The notes beneath the pieces are model-generated. The model was not told the origin of the DNA and did no database searches. It saw nothing but the letters and a program-made list of their open reading frames with translations. A stretch of DNA of 63,412 nt, counting the filler, from Chrysochromulina tobinii (taxonomy: Eukaryota), in assembly GCA_001275005.1 (NCBI GenBank). It is 9 parts of 9 records of this genome, joined end to end, with 100 filler letters (N's around TTAATTAATTAA, not from the genome) between each part and the next. Parts side by side here need not be neighbours in the genome. Positions count along the whole stretch, not along the records: positions 36,913 to 50,393 come from JWZX01000251.1; positions 50,494 to 55,063 come from JWZX01000252.1; 7 more parts are not named here. One strand, given 5' to 3'. This document shows, in pieces, positions 41,729 through 52,796 of the stretch. How positions within the stretch are numbered: the stretch's first letter is position 1; every line of letters starts with the position of its first letter. Position numbers and translations under genes: made by a program.

Positions 41729-43963
41729 ATGCCGCCATTGCAAGTGCTCGAGCCCAAGCTGCCCGAGTTCGAGAAGCCTCAGAGGCCTGGGAAAAGCGGG
41801 GCCTCCGATACCAACTCTGCGAGCGACACACGTGCCCTCAACGTAATCACTCACTTTATGAAGGGCGACAATGAGCGGCACCTTGGCCTCAAGATCAAGC
41901 TTCCGGACAGCGTTGACGATCGCAGTGTCAAAGAGGCGATCGTCGACCCTTTTGTCGCCCAGTACGACAAAAAGTTCACAAAATATCCGGCGAGTGCCTT
42001 TCGTCCCTTTTTGCATATCAAGGTACTCGTGTGGAGCGGTCCGCGGCCTTGCGCGGCCGATGTGTTCCGAGACAAGGACCGGGACGGTGTGGAAGATATC
42101 CAGGAGGCGGAGAAGCCCATCTACGCTCTACTCGACGTCGAGCAGCCCGTCTCCGTGCTGCGTAAGCGCGCGCACAACAAGCTGCGACCGACAGTTGAGG
42201 TGGAGCTGGTGGCAGCGGAGTCTACGGCAATCGTGCTGCGAAGCTTCCCGACGACGACGCTTCTGGCGCCCGGCGAGCAGCTGCTCACGATGCTCACAGA
42301 CATCGATTGCGAGCCCGACGAGATGCACGCACTTGTGGACGCGGCGATTGCGGGCGGCGAGCTCGCCTACCTTGGCCTGACGAGCGCGCGCGATCGCGAC
42401 GGTCGGAACGCGCTGCACCTGGCCGTAACGCGCGGCGACCTGACGCTTTGCCGCAAGCTCCTGCGTCGGCGGCAGGATGTGCACGCAATGGACAGCAACC
42501 GCGACACTGCGCTGCACGTGGCGTGCTTGGCGGGCCGCCAACTGATCGTCGCCGATCTGGTCCAGCTCGGTGCCCACATCCACGAGAAGAATCGTGACCT
42601 CATGTCACCGCTTCAGCTCTCAGTGGTGGACGAAGCGCACGGCAACGGCGAGGTCGTGCGGATGCTCGTGGAGGCGGGCTGCGACATCGACGCCAAGTGC
42701 TGGGACATCACGCCGCTCATGGCGGCGGCCTCTGCAGGTCACGTCTGGGCGCTCGAGGTGCTGCTGGAGCTGGGTGCGGACACGATGGTCCGCAATGGAT
42801 ATGAGATGATGGCGCTGGACTACGCGCGCTGCCAGGACACAGCCGAGTTGATCCATGAATGGATGCGCGGCTTCTTGCTGCCGGACGCCGAGATGCTCGA
42901 GCGGCAGCAAGCGAGCCGCAATGCGCGCAAGCGCAACACGACGAACCCCCCGGCTATGAGCCACGAGACCGAGCACAAGGGACCGCGATTGTACCAGGCG
43001 ACGCGTGTGATGTCGCTGGAGGCGGCCTTCGAAGCACTCGAATTGCCCACAGAGTGGCTTGCGGGCTTCCGTGCGAGCGGCGAGCACTTTGGCGCCATGC
43101 GGCGCAAGTGGCGCCAGATTGTCCTTGTGCACCACCCTGATCGTCTGCCCGCCACTTTAACGGCCGCGGCGCAGCAGGAGCATACAGCCATCTTCACCCG
43201 CGCAATGGGCGCGTTCGAAGCACTCGACAACTTCTATGCGAGGCGGCATGCGCCCGATACGACGCCCCATTTGGCGGACGAGTGGGCGCCGGCACCCACT
43301 GGCGAGGCATCCGCCACACGCTCTGCCAAGGCGCGCGAGGATGCCGCCACGCGCAGCGGCGGCGGCAGCAGCAGCACCGCCGCCGCCGCCGCTACCGCCG
43401 CCGCCGCCGCCGCCACCGCCGCTTCCGCCGCCACCACCACAACTGCCGCCGCCGCCGCCGCCGCCACCACCATCGCCGCCACTGACGCCGTCACTGATGC
43501 CGCCACTGACGCCGCCGCCGCCGGCGGAAGCGATAGCGGCGACGGCACCGCGTCAGCTGCGCCGCCGCCGTTCTCTACCGAGCGCAAGTTTGCCACCAAA
43601 GATAAGGCCCCAATGGAGATCGAGGTCACTCTGGAGGCAACCACGCGTGCCGCACGGCCGCTGCTTTTCAAGCGGCGCGTACGCATTGTCGGGCTGGTAG
43701 CGAAGCCCGAACACAATGGCAAGCTCGGTCGGGCCAAGCTCTTCGATCGCTGCGCCAATCGGTATGGTGTTGAGCTCGAGGACGGCAGCGGCACCCTCAA
43801 GGTGAAGGAGGTGAATCTTGAGCTGGCGGAGGATGCGGAGGGGGAAGCAGAGGTCCCCGCCCTCAAGCCCGCGTACCCACCGAAACTAGCCAAGCCGATG
43901 CCCATCAGCTTTGACCACTCCAAGCTCCCTGAGCGGTTGTCATCGGTCAAGTTTGGGCCGTGA
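41729..43963 (+). CDS. Ankyrin repeats + DnaJ-like domain + C-terminal KOW/SH3-like domain
   Basis: GRNALHLAV, RDTALHVAC, ITPLMAAA; RRKWRQIVLVHHPDR (HPD); VRIVGLVAKPEHNGKLG...RYGVEL. Confidence 0.8.
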   Translation: MPPLQVLEPKLPEFEKPQRPGKSGASDTNSASDTRALNVITHFMKGDNERHLGLKIKLPDSVDDRSVKEAIVDPFVAQYDKKFTKYPASAFRPFLHIKVLVWSGPRPCAADVFRDKDRDGVEDIQEAEKPIYALLDVEQPVSVLRKRAHNKLRPTVEVELVAAESTAIVLRSFPTTTLLAPGEQLLTMLTDIDCEPDEMHALVDAAIAGGELAYLGLTSARDRDGRNALHLAVTRGDLTLCRKLLRRRQDVHAMDSNRDTALHVACLAGRQLIVADLVQLGAHIHEKNRDLMSPLQLSVVDEAHGNGEVVRMLVEAGCDIDAKCWDITPLMAAASAGHVWALEVLLELGADTMVRNGYEMMALDYARCQDTAELIHEWMRGFLLPDAEMLERQQASRNARKRNTTNPPAMSHETEHKGPRLYQATRVMSLEAAFEALELPTEWLAGFRASGEHFGAMRRKWRQIVLVHHPDRLPATLTAAAQQEHTAIFTRAMGAFEALDNFYARRHAPDTTPHLADEWAPAPTGEASATRSAKAREDAATRSGGGSSSTAAAAATAAAAAATAASAATTTTAAAAAAATTIAATDAVTDAATDAAAAGGSDSGDGTASAAPPPFSTERKFATKDKAPMEIEVTLEATTRAARPLLFKRRVRIVGLVAKPEHNGKLGRAKLFDRCANRYGVELEDGSGTLKVKEVNLELAEDAEGEAEVPALKPAYPPKLAKPMPISFDHSKLPERLSSVKFGP

Positions 43964-44683
43964 GAGCTGAAATGGCCTTGGCGCTCGCCGGGGAGGACGA
44001 CGCCTGTGCGCTGACCGCTGTGGCTGTGCGCGGTGACTGAGTGTGCGGTCTGAGCGCTCTGTGTGTGTCATGCGTGGGTTCCATCACACGCTGCTGTGAC
44101 GTGTGAGGTTCCGAGCACGCTGAGCAGTAGAACGCACGGCAAACCGAGCATCTTGGCGCCAAGCATTTCCGCGGAAGCTCCTGCGCATGCTCGTGCGGTC
44201 CTGGTTTGCGGTGCGGCCTCCCCGCTGCCCGGCCGCTCTGACGTTCGGCTCCCGCGCCGCGGGGACCAGCATCTCCCACGCGGGATCGAACCCCCGGGGA
44301 GCCCTCCAGTCGAGCCCGGCGCCTTGAAATTTAGTTACAATTTCGTTTCAGACAAAGCGAACCGGTAAAGGGGTAATTATTGCCGGTACAGGGCGCGCGG
44401 GCGGACCGGGATCGCGGGATCCGGGAATCGAACAGCGGGCGGAAGCGAAGCGAACGGTCAACCACGAGGTTCATACAAGTTCATACAATCGGACTTGGAG
44501 ATTGAAAGTCGTATCCTGACTGTCCGGTCACTGTGTAGTGCGGTCGGTGTACGGTGACCCCTGACGGTGACCCCGCGCCGAAAGCGGGCCGCGGCCGGCC
44601 GTGCGGGGTGCGCTGGTCGGGTCGGGTGCGCGGGCCACCTGACCGAGCTTTTTATACATTTTGAACGACAAAAAGCCCCCATC

Positions 44684-45961
44684 TTAGGGAGTCAACTCCG
44701 CGGCTTCCTTGAGCACAGTTTCCTTGAGGTCCTTGAGGTACTGATCTGTACGCCGCTGGCTTTCCATGAGGCTCGCCTGCTCGCGCAGTTTGGCATAGAC
44801 GCGCTCTTTGTCGGCCGACATCTTGTCGAGGAGATGCTGCTCCCGCTCCCGCTCCTTCTTCTTGACCGCCCGGTCGAGCTCCTTTTGGCGCTCGAGCCTC
44901 TGACGCTCCAATTCTTGCCCCTGCCGAATCTTCTCCGAGCGTGCGGTGAGCATATTCGTAATCTTCTGCTGCTGCGCCTTCTCCCTCTGCGCCGCACGCT
45001 CCAGTTCCTCCTTCTCATGCGCCTTCTGGCTCTCTACAAGTGCCTTTTGGCGCATGGCCATCAGCTTGGCCATCTCTTCCCTTTCCTTCTTCTGGCGCTC
45101 ACGCTGGCTCGCCACCTTGTCGCGCGCACGAGCAGCAACTTCGGCGCGCTCGGCCATCTCGCGCAAGGTCGCGTCCATGCGTGCCGCCTTCTCAGATTCC
45201 ATTGCATCTCTCGCTCTCTGGCGCTGCTCCTCCTTCGCTAGTCTCATCGCCGCGATGCCGTCCGACGACTCCTTCGCACGCTGCTGCAGCCGCTCCTCCA
45301 TCTCGGCGACCTTCTGCTTCGCATTGCGCGCGCGTGCTCGCTCCTCACGTCGCCTGAGCTTCTGCCATTGCGTATTCGTGTCCACAGCATGCGCGTTGTG
45401 CATCTGCGCTGCGCGTATGAGCGCATCGGTCGTCTGCGACGCCGCGTGCTTCGCGTGCTCGAATCGTTCGAGCTGCTGTTGGCGCTCCTCATCCATGCTG
45501 CGCTCGAACTGGAGGTACTCGGACTTGCGACGGTCTGCTGCGCGCTTTTCACTCTCATCGCGCTCATGCTGACGCCTGTCCGCTGCAGCCAAGTACGCAT
45601 CCATCCGACGCGCCTCGAATTCGACCACATCCATCATCCTCTCCTCGTGTATCCGTTTCTTGTTGATGAGCTCCACAGATTTGCTAGCAATGAGTTCCCC
45701 CCTCCGAGCCAAAACAGCTAGGCGCTGACTATTCACCAATTCCAGCCGAGCCGGATTCGGACCGTTGACAGCGAGCATCGACGAGGACGATGTGGCCATC
45801 GGACGATCGAGATCGAGGGAAGGCAATGAGGAAGGGACGTCAGGGACCGTGATCGGCCGAAAGCTTGTTGACGTGGTTGCCGCAGGATTGTTGGCGGCAA
45901 CTGCGAGGTTGGGCATGCTACCGCCTGCCCGGGCTGGTGGGATTTTGATGGGCAGCGGCAT
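44684..45961 (-). CDS. Charged coiled-coil protein of unknown function, 425 aa
   Basis: Long ATG-initiated ORF with E/K/R/Q-rich heptads; no catalytic motif. Confidence 0.7.
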   Translation of the reverse strand: MPLPIKIPPARAGGSMPNLAVAANNPAATTSTSFRPITVPDVPSSLPSLDLDRPMATSSSSMLAVNGPNPARLELVNSQRLAVLARRGELIASKSVELINKKRIHEERMMDVVEFEARRMDAYLAAADRRQHERDESEKRAADRRKSEYLQFERSMDEERQQQLERFEHAKHAASQTTDALIRAAQMHNAHAVDTNTQWQKLRRREERARARNAKQKVAEMEERLQQRAKESSDGIAAMRLAKEEQRQRARDAMESEKAARMDATLREMAERAEVAARARDKVASQRERQKKEREEMAKLMAMRQKALVESQKAHEKEELERAAQREKAQQQKITNMLTARSEKIRQGQELERQRLERQKELDRAVKKKEREREQHLLDKMSADKERVYAKLREQASLMESQRRTDQYLKDLKETVLKEAAELTP

Positions 45962-46402
45962 CCGAGCGAGCTAGCGAGCCGATATACGCCTGCAACAACG
46001 CGTCGTTAAATCTGAGCGTGGCCGCGTGAAAACGTGCGCGGTAGCCCAGGTCGTGGGCGGTGGAGCGGAGGGGGACCGTGTGGCAGGAAAGTGGATTCCG
46101 AAACGTCACCTTGCTCCAGACTTGGGGAATCAAACGCCACGTCACTTTTTATTGAGCCCCTTGCGCTGGTCACACGTGACTTCTAGGAACCTTCAGACGA
46201 CAAGTTTAAGTTAGAGTGGCCCAACCCTGGCGGGTGACGGGCTGGCGGCCCTGATTTATCTCTACGGTGTGTCCCTTTCACGTAACACGATCTCTGATAT
46301 TGAGCAGCTCCAGCCAAAAGATCTTGACGAGATAGAAGCCTCGCCCTTTCAATCCGTGCCGCTCAAAGCTTATGAATGCGCCGAGGCTGTTGGATGGCTG
46401 GC

Positions 46403-49400
46403 TCAGCATGGCCAAAGTCCGAGCATTTTCAGATTTGAGACGATTCGGACCAGAAAGTCTTTGATCCTTCGTAGAGTCTGATTTTTCTCTGACACGGTGA
46501 AAGCGAGTATCTCGGTGGGCTCGACCACGATCCATGTGAAGCCAAGGGAGAGCACCCAAGCGAGGATGACTTCGTGGACTTGCGCCGGTCCCATCGTCAC
46601 GCCGAAGATGATGGCAAGCAGGCAAAAAGAGATGAAGAGGAGAATATTGAATACCCACGCCAGCATGAAGCGCAGCAGGTGGAGTCTCGAGCTCATTGGG
46701 ACGAATCTACTTGGCGGCGTAAGCGCTGATGAGCCGGAGCCGGAACGGGAGTCGTCTGCCAACGAGATGGCCTGGCGCCTCTTAAAAATCACCCGAACGC
46801 GACGCCATAGTTTCGTGAGATTCGATGGCTCTGGGCGCCGCCTAAACCTAAGGCGATTACCCCAGCGGAAGACGACTTTGACCACTATCGTGATGGCCGC
46901 GAGAATGATGCAAGTGATCAAGCTGTAGATGATCGTGGTGATGCTGATAAGCGGCGCGCCTCCAGTAAGGATGCTGATCAAACACAAATTGCCCATCATC
47001 GTCGTCCAGAAGATCTGGATGATATCCTCGTCACGCAGGCGATCCCCAGCAGTATCTTCTCCTGCAGGTAGCACAGCAGAAACAAGGCCGTGCTCTCTCT
47101 GCAGCATCCTGTAGTACTCGCCGAAAAACGAGCGGAAATAGCGTCCGAGCTTCTTCGGCTGCAAACGTTCCTTGAGATCCTCATCAGCTTTCACAGCAGT
47201 CGTTGCCTCCACCTCGGCCTTGGCAGGCATGAAAGCTTCCACCTCAGTCCTTGGCTCCACCTCGGCCCCAAGCTTTGCCCGTGCTGCCATGTGCTGCCAT
47301 CGCTTTGCGCTTCCGCTGGCGCTGACGACCGCGGTGCCGGTTTCTTTGCGCAAAGACTCCCCTTGCCTGGGGGGCAACGGAGCCCATGCCGCTTTGGGGG
47401 TTTGCACGTGGACCCATCCTCGCGTCCATTCGTCCAGGTCCATCTTGCCATCGCTGTTAATGCCGATTTCGGCGACGAGCCTACCGATCACTTCCTCGTG
47501 TACGTCACCACGCTCGCGTAGGTACGCCTCCATCGATTCGATTGAGATGCGTACCGATCCATTGGCCACGACTTTGAATAGGCTCTCGGCGACCACGCGA
47601 TTCAAAGCCCAGGCCGCTTTGGGGGTTTGTACGTGAACCCATCCTCGCGTCCATTCGTCCAGGTCCATCTTGCCATCGCTGTTGATGCCGATTTCGGCGA
47701 CGAGCCTACCGATCGCTTCCTCGTGTACGTCACCACGCTCGCGTAGGTACGCCTTCATCGATTCGATCGAGATGCGTGCCGATCCATTGGCCACGACTTT
47801 GAATAGGCTCTCGGCAACCACGCGATTCAATGGTAGACGATGGGCAACGGTTGGAGGTGCGCGATGGGCAACGGTTGGAGGTGGACGATGGACCACGACT
47901 GGAAGTACCGATACATCGTCTTGCGGGCGTACCGTGGGCGTTTGCTCCCGCGAAACCGATGCACTATCTGTGCATGCAGATAGAGACGTGGCATTTGTGT
48001 CACGCGTGTCGTCGACGAGGACACTGGTTACGCTGATTGTCGAAGCTTGGGTTCGCTCCTCAAGAACCGACTTCTGCGCTGGCTCTTGCTCCCGGGTCGG
48101 TGCCGCAATCACGAAGTGCGCAGCTTGCTCAGGCGTGGCAGTGGACCTGATCGCTCTTGTTCCACGACCGGCCGCCTCGATAATGTTGCGTGCCTGTATA
48201 AGCTGATTGAGCAGCGTCTTGTGCACCTCGCCATCGTCACCCCTGCGCTGCGCTGCCGCCAGGTTTTCTCGCACTCGACGAGTGAGCAGCATGAACCTGC
48301 CGAGCACATGCTCATCAGGCGCCCCTGCCTCGATGCCCAGCACCTCGTAGGCGTCATTCAGAGAACTTTGAGTCGGCAGCCGTGACGGCCGAACACGAGG
48401 CGATGATAAAGATGGAGACGCCTTGCGACTCGTCGGTCTCTGGCCAGCTTGTCCGGCTCGTTCTTGGGCCTTGCGTTGTGCCTGTAGCTCTGCCGCGCGA
48501 TGTGCTGCAGCGCCCGCCTCCAGCGATGCTCTGAGATCACGCCCCTCGCGGCTGCGAGCCGAGCTTGAGGTAGTCGGTCGCACGAGTCGATCCGGCGGCG
48601 ACGGGGGTGGTGATGGCAGCTCGCCTGGCACCACCCGACGGTTGCTGGCGTATTTGTTACGAACCAACGCCTGCAACTTTGTGGCAACTACATCGGATCT
48701 CCCCAGCCTTTGTTGAATTCGAACGACCTCCGTGCGCAGCTCGGGCGGAAGAGAGACGAGAGACAAATTGTTTTGCTTCGCAAGTCGATACGCACGAGCA
48801 ATATTCTTCAGACGTGCTTCTTCTTGCTGCTTCATAATCGTTACTTTCTTCTCCGCCCAGTGCGTATCACGTTGCGCGTGACGTTCAGAGGCAATCTTCC
48901 GAATCTTAACGACGCGACGACGATGCCTGCGCCATCGCGCGAACAATATCATGAAGAAGTCAAGTCCAATCGCCGAGAAGACCATGCTGAATATGATTGG
49001 GTTCCCGGCGACATCAAAGTTTGTGAGCACGTCGGCAGCATCGTCCATAGTAAAGAAGGTGAACTCAATCGAAGTGATTTCTGCGAGCAGCTCTTCGGCT
49101 GACAGCGGGATGCGGACTATTCCTCCAAAGTCTGTCAAGTGTGACGAGTTGCAGTGTAGAAAGCCATCAGGAGCGCCGCCAGGGGGTGGCGAGATGCTCA
49201 AGCCTTGTGAACTCCACATCTGATTCTCTTCGTCCCAGTAGCTGCACAAGAGCTCCGTGGTGCAATTGTTGCCTGCCCAGCCCACGTTGCACTTGCAGAG
49301 GCCATCGACACACGTTCCATGCCCTGAACAGAGCCCGCTCTCGCTGCAGTCGCCGGCGCCGTGCACGACACGGCAGCCAAAGTATGTTGGAGGTGCGTTT

Positions 49401-49566
49401 GGTGGTGGAGGTGGTGAAGGCAAAGGGGACGGCGGCGGAGAGGGTGGTGGCGGGGAGGGAGGAGGGGAGGGAGGTGGTCGGGGAACGGGTGGGGGTGGTG
49501 GCGATGGCGGTGGTGGCGGCGGCGCTGGTGGTGGTGGTGACGGCGAAGGTGGCGGTGGTGGCGGTG

Positions 49567-49597
<31 letters not shown>

Positions 49598-50393
49598 GAA
49601 TGGCGGTGGCGACGGCGGCGGCGGTGATGGCGGATGCAAAGGCGGTGGAGGTGACATCGGAGGCAATGGTGGTGCAAACGGTGGCGGCCTAGGTGGAGGT
49701 GGCGACGGCGGTGGAGGAAGAGGTGCTCCAGTAGGTGGATACGGTGGTGGGGAGGGAGGTGGCGGGGAGGGGGGCGGTGGAGATGGGGGCGGTGGTAATG
49801 GTGGAAGGCTTGGCAATGGCGGCAGTGGTGCGCTGCCTGGTGGATACGGAGGTGGTGATGGTGATGGTGAACGCGGTGGGCGCGCTGGTGGTTGCAATGG
49901 TGGAGAGGATGGTGGCAGCAATGGTGGTGCCGATGGTGGCGGAACCTGGGGAGGGGGCGGTGGTGGCGCTGGAGGCGGCCTTGGAGGAGGCGAGGGAGGT
50001 GGTGGGAATGGTGGCGGAGAAGGCGGCGGAGAGGGCGGCGGTGGCGAGGGCGGTGGGCTGGGCGGTGGAGGTGATGGTGGTGGACGCGGAGGTCGAGATG
50101 GTGGCCGTGGTGGTGATCGTGGAGGCGACGGTGGAGGAGGCGATGGGGGCGGTGATGGGGGCGGTGAGGGCAGTGGAGGTGAGGGCGGAGGGCTCGGTGG
50201 AGGCGATGGAGGCGGTGGCGAAGGCGGTGGCGATGGTGGGGGGATAGGGGGTGGCGAGGGGGGCGGTGGCGATGGTGGAGGCCTTGGTGGTACCGGCGGA
50301 GATGGTGGCGGTGGCGATGGCGGTGGCGATGGAGGTGGTGGCGAGGGTGGAGGAGAAGGTGACGGCGGCGGCGGCGACGGTGGAGGCGAGGGC
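46403..50393 (-). CDS. Polycystin-1-like GPS membrane protein with Pro-rich stalk and EGF domain, 5'-partial
   Basis: SPPP stalk; EGF CSGHGTCVDGLCKCNVGWAGNNC; GPS CSYWDE...WSSQG...CNSSHLTDFG; TM; IQ-like ATKLQALVRNK; J-like DAYEVLGI; duplicated EF-hand-like unit; about 4 C-terminal TM helices. Confidence 0.75.
47381..47830. repeat. In-frame 225-bp tandem duplication (75-aa EF-hand-like unit)
   Basis: 47381-47605 and 47606-47830 are near identical (LNRVVAESLF...INSDGKMDLDEW...KAAWA). Confidence 0.9.
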
Positions 50394-50493
50394 NNNNNNN
50401 NNNNNNNNNNNNNNNNNNNNNNNNNNNNNNNNNNNNNTTAATTAATTAANNNNNNNNNNNNNNNNNNNNNNNNNNNNNNNNNNNNNNNNNNNN

Positions 50494-52309
50494 TCGTAGG
50501 CTGCGGCGTCGGGAGCGCTACTTCGGTGGCAGAGGAGCCAAACTCCGAGTAGAAGTCGACGGAAGAGAAGACCGAGGGCATTGCAATCTCGCGGTTCTTG
50601 AGCGCCAAGAGCGAGGCCGAGGGCGCTGCCCGACCGCCTGCATCCTTGACGGTCGTCGTCGAGGGATCCCGCACGCTGTTTAGACAAGAGATAACCGCAG
50701 TGTTCTCAAGTGTATCAGCGCGCAGGACCTGACTCTCGGACTTGGTCCGGGAAGCAGACGGCACAGGCTGCTGCGTGGTCGCGCGAGCTGCATCAGTCAC
50801 GACGAGCTCGGTCTCGGTCATGGCGTCGGCGCGCTCCGCGTCGACCTCATCGGTCTCGAGGAGCTCGCGCTCGAGGAGCTCGCGGGCGGCCTGCAGCTGC
50901 CCCTGCGTCGGCCTGGGCGTGCCGGGCTCGAAGCGACGAAAGGGCATCGTGGCCGAGTAGCGCCGCGGCATGGCCTTGAACGGGGCCTTTTGCCCACGTG
51001 GCGGCGGACGCCGGCCGCCGACATTCGCGCCGTACTTGGTGAGGGCGTTGTCGTCCTTGCGCTTGGCAGCATTCGTGTGCAGCGCCACCAGGTACATGTG
51101 CGAGCGGTGCTTCTTGGGCGAAGGGCAGACGGCACGTTTGTGCCCGGCGCCTCCGCAGCAGTCACACAGCATCTCGATCGACGGTGTGTCATCGGCGTCA
51201 TAGCACATTTCGACGGAGAACTCGTCTCCGCCGTCGCCGTCGGTGGCAGAGCGGGCAAGCTCCGTACGGCCAGCAAGTCGCCAGTCGGAAGTCGTCACGG
51301 TTCCCCGTGTAAGAGCGAAACCTGCTTCGGTAAGCTCACCGAGCGTACGTGAGGGCGAGCTGCCTCGGGTTGGCGGGGCGACACCGAGCGCGAATGCTTG
51401 TTCGGCTGCAACGTGTGCTCCGTCCGCCTGATGGCGACGGCGCACCTTGCCTGCCTGACCAGTGGCTGCAGCTACAGGGAGTGCCTTTGACTTGACAGCA
51501 GACTCCCATTGTCCTTGCCAAAATACGATGATACTGTTGAGGTCGCGAGGCCGTGGGCCGCCCGCAGCGGGCGCAGGCAGCTGAAACTGGCGGACGCCTG
51601 GCGTGCCAGGCACGCCTTCGACGGCGTCTAGCTCCTTCTTGGCCTCGAGCGCGAACATCCTTGAGCCGTGCTCAACCATGGAGAGAAGCTTCTCCGAGAG
51701 CTGATCATCGGTGAAGCGCCTCGCGAGTGGGAACTCGGCGTTCACGACCCGCAGCATCTTGATGGAGTCGGCGATAGAGTTGACGGAGATACCCACATCA
51801 GTGATGATCTCGATGAGCCAGAACTCGATTGTCATATCTTGCAAGTCACCTGTTGAAGGTGGCTTGATCACCTGCTGCATTATCCAGTCATAGGCATCAG
51901 GCCCATTATGGAACATTGGCGATAGCGGGTCGCCGAGCAGCTCCAGCGTGGAGGAGTCGCTGATGTGCGAGCAAAGGAAGGTGAACGACTGCTTGAGCCG
52001 GGCTTTGCGCGCTGCATGCTGAGCAGCAAGGGCGGCAGCTATCTGGCCAGCGTTACCACCCGGCACGGGAGGGACGCCTGCGCCAGGTGCAGCCAAGACG
52101 CCTGCTGGTGGCGGCATCGCGGTCGGCTGTCCATTCTGCACAGCATAGTCGTCAAGCCGTAGGAAGCAGTCAGTGATGGAGAACCCTTGCGTGTCCGCGC
52201 TGCCTCCGTTCAAGAGAAGGTTGCGCTGGAACTTCTTGCCTGCAGCCCCTGGCATCATATCAAATTGCTCGAATGCGAGCCTGATGTCAACTGTACGTTT
52301 GCCTGCCAT
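50494..52309 (-). CDS. gag: Retrotransposon Gag-like polyprotein, 3'-truncated
   Basis: CX2CX4HX4C zinc knuckle CDCCGGAGHKRAVC; ATG 57 nt after the PBS start; open to the contig end. Confidence 0.7.
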
Positions 52310-52750
52310 TGTATAGATGTTGTTCGGGATGGTATGAACCGGGTTGGATTCCCGGCGGTTGCACCAGGTTGTAGATAACGGTCGGCTCGTACCGTACACA
52401 CCTCAGAGTGTGGCCGCTAGCTTGGCGGCGGTCAAGAGGGCGGAGCACGCAGCTCTTAACCAATCTCAAAACACTCTCGAACACGCACAAAAGATCCCAA
52501 ACCCACACAGGTTTCGGGAATCACAGCCGGCGTGCATGAGTGCACACGCACACACAAAGGACCACAGGTCGAACCAGACCGACCCACAAAGGGGATAGTT
52601 CAGATTCCCACAACACGATACGCGACGTCACGAGACCGAACTTTTCGGCGTAGGCGGGTAGTTTGCCCCGTAGGCGCTCCCCTAAAACCCTCTAATGCAC
52701 ACACGAGGGAGTGCACTACCTACTTCCGAGTAGGTTTCTATGTATTAACA
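50494..52750 (-). mobile_element. 5' part of an LTR retrotransposon (LTR + PBS + gag)
   Basis: Candidate LTR 52750-52370 (TGTTAATA...ATCTACA), 3-nt spacer, PBS TGGTGCAACCGCCGGGAATC from 52366, then a gag ORF. The left LTR boundary rests on the TG..CA rule only. Confidence 0.75.
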
Positions 52751-52796
52751 GCCCATTCACACGAAGTTGCTTAGCGCCGCTCCTCGTGCCTCGAGC

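Noticed and set aside
44265..44300. GGGATCGAACCC, reverse complement of a tRNA T-loop/B-box
   Set aside because: No matching acceptor stem, D-arm or anticodon arm can be folded.
49257..50393. Gly-rich ORFs on the plus strand (also 7345-7671)
   Set aside because: Antisense shadows of Ser-Pro tracts in minus-strand genes.
52336..52366. tRNA gene
   Set aside because: Only the 3' part with encoded CCA is present, next to an LTR end; better explained as a primer-binding site.
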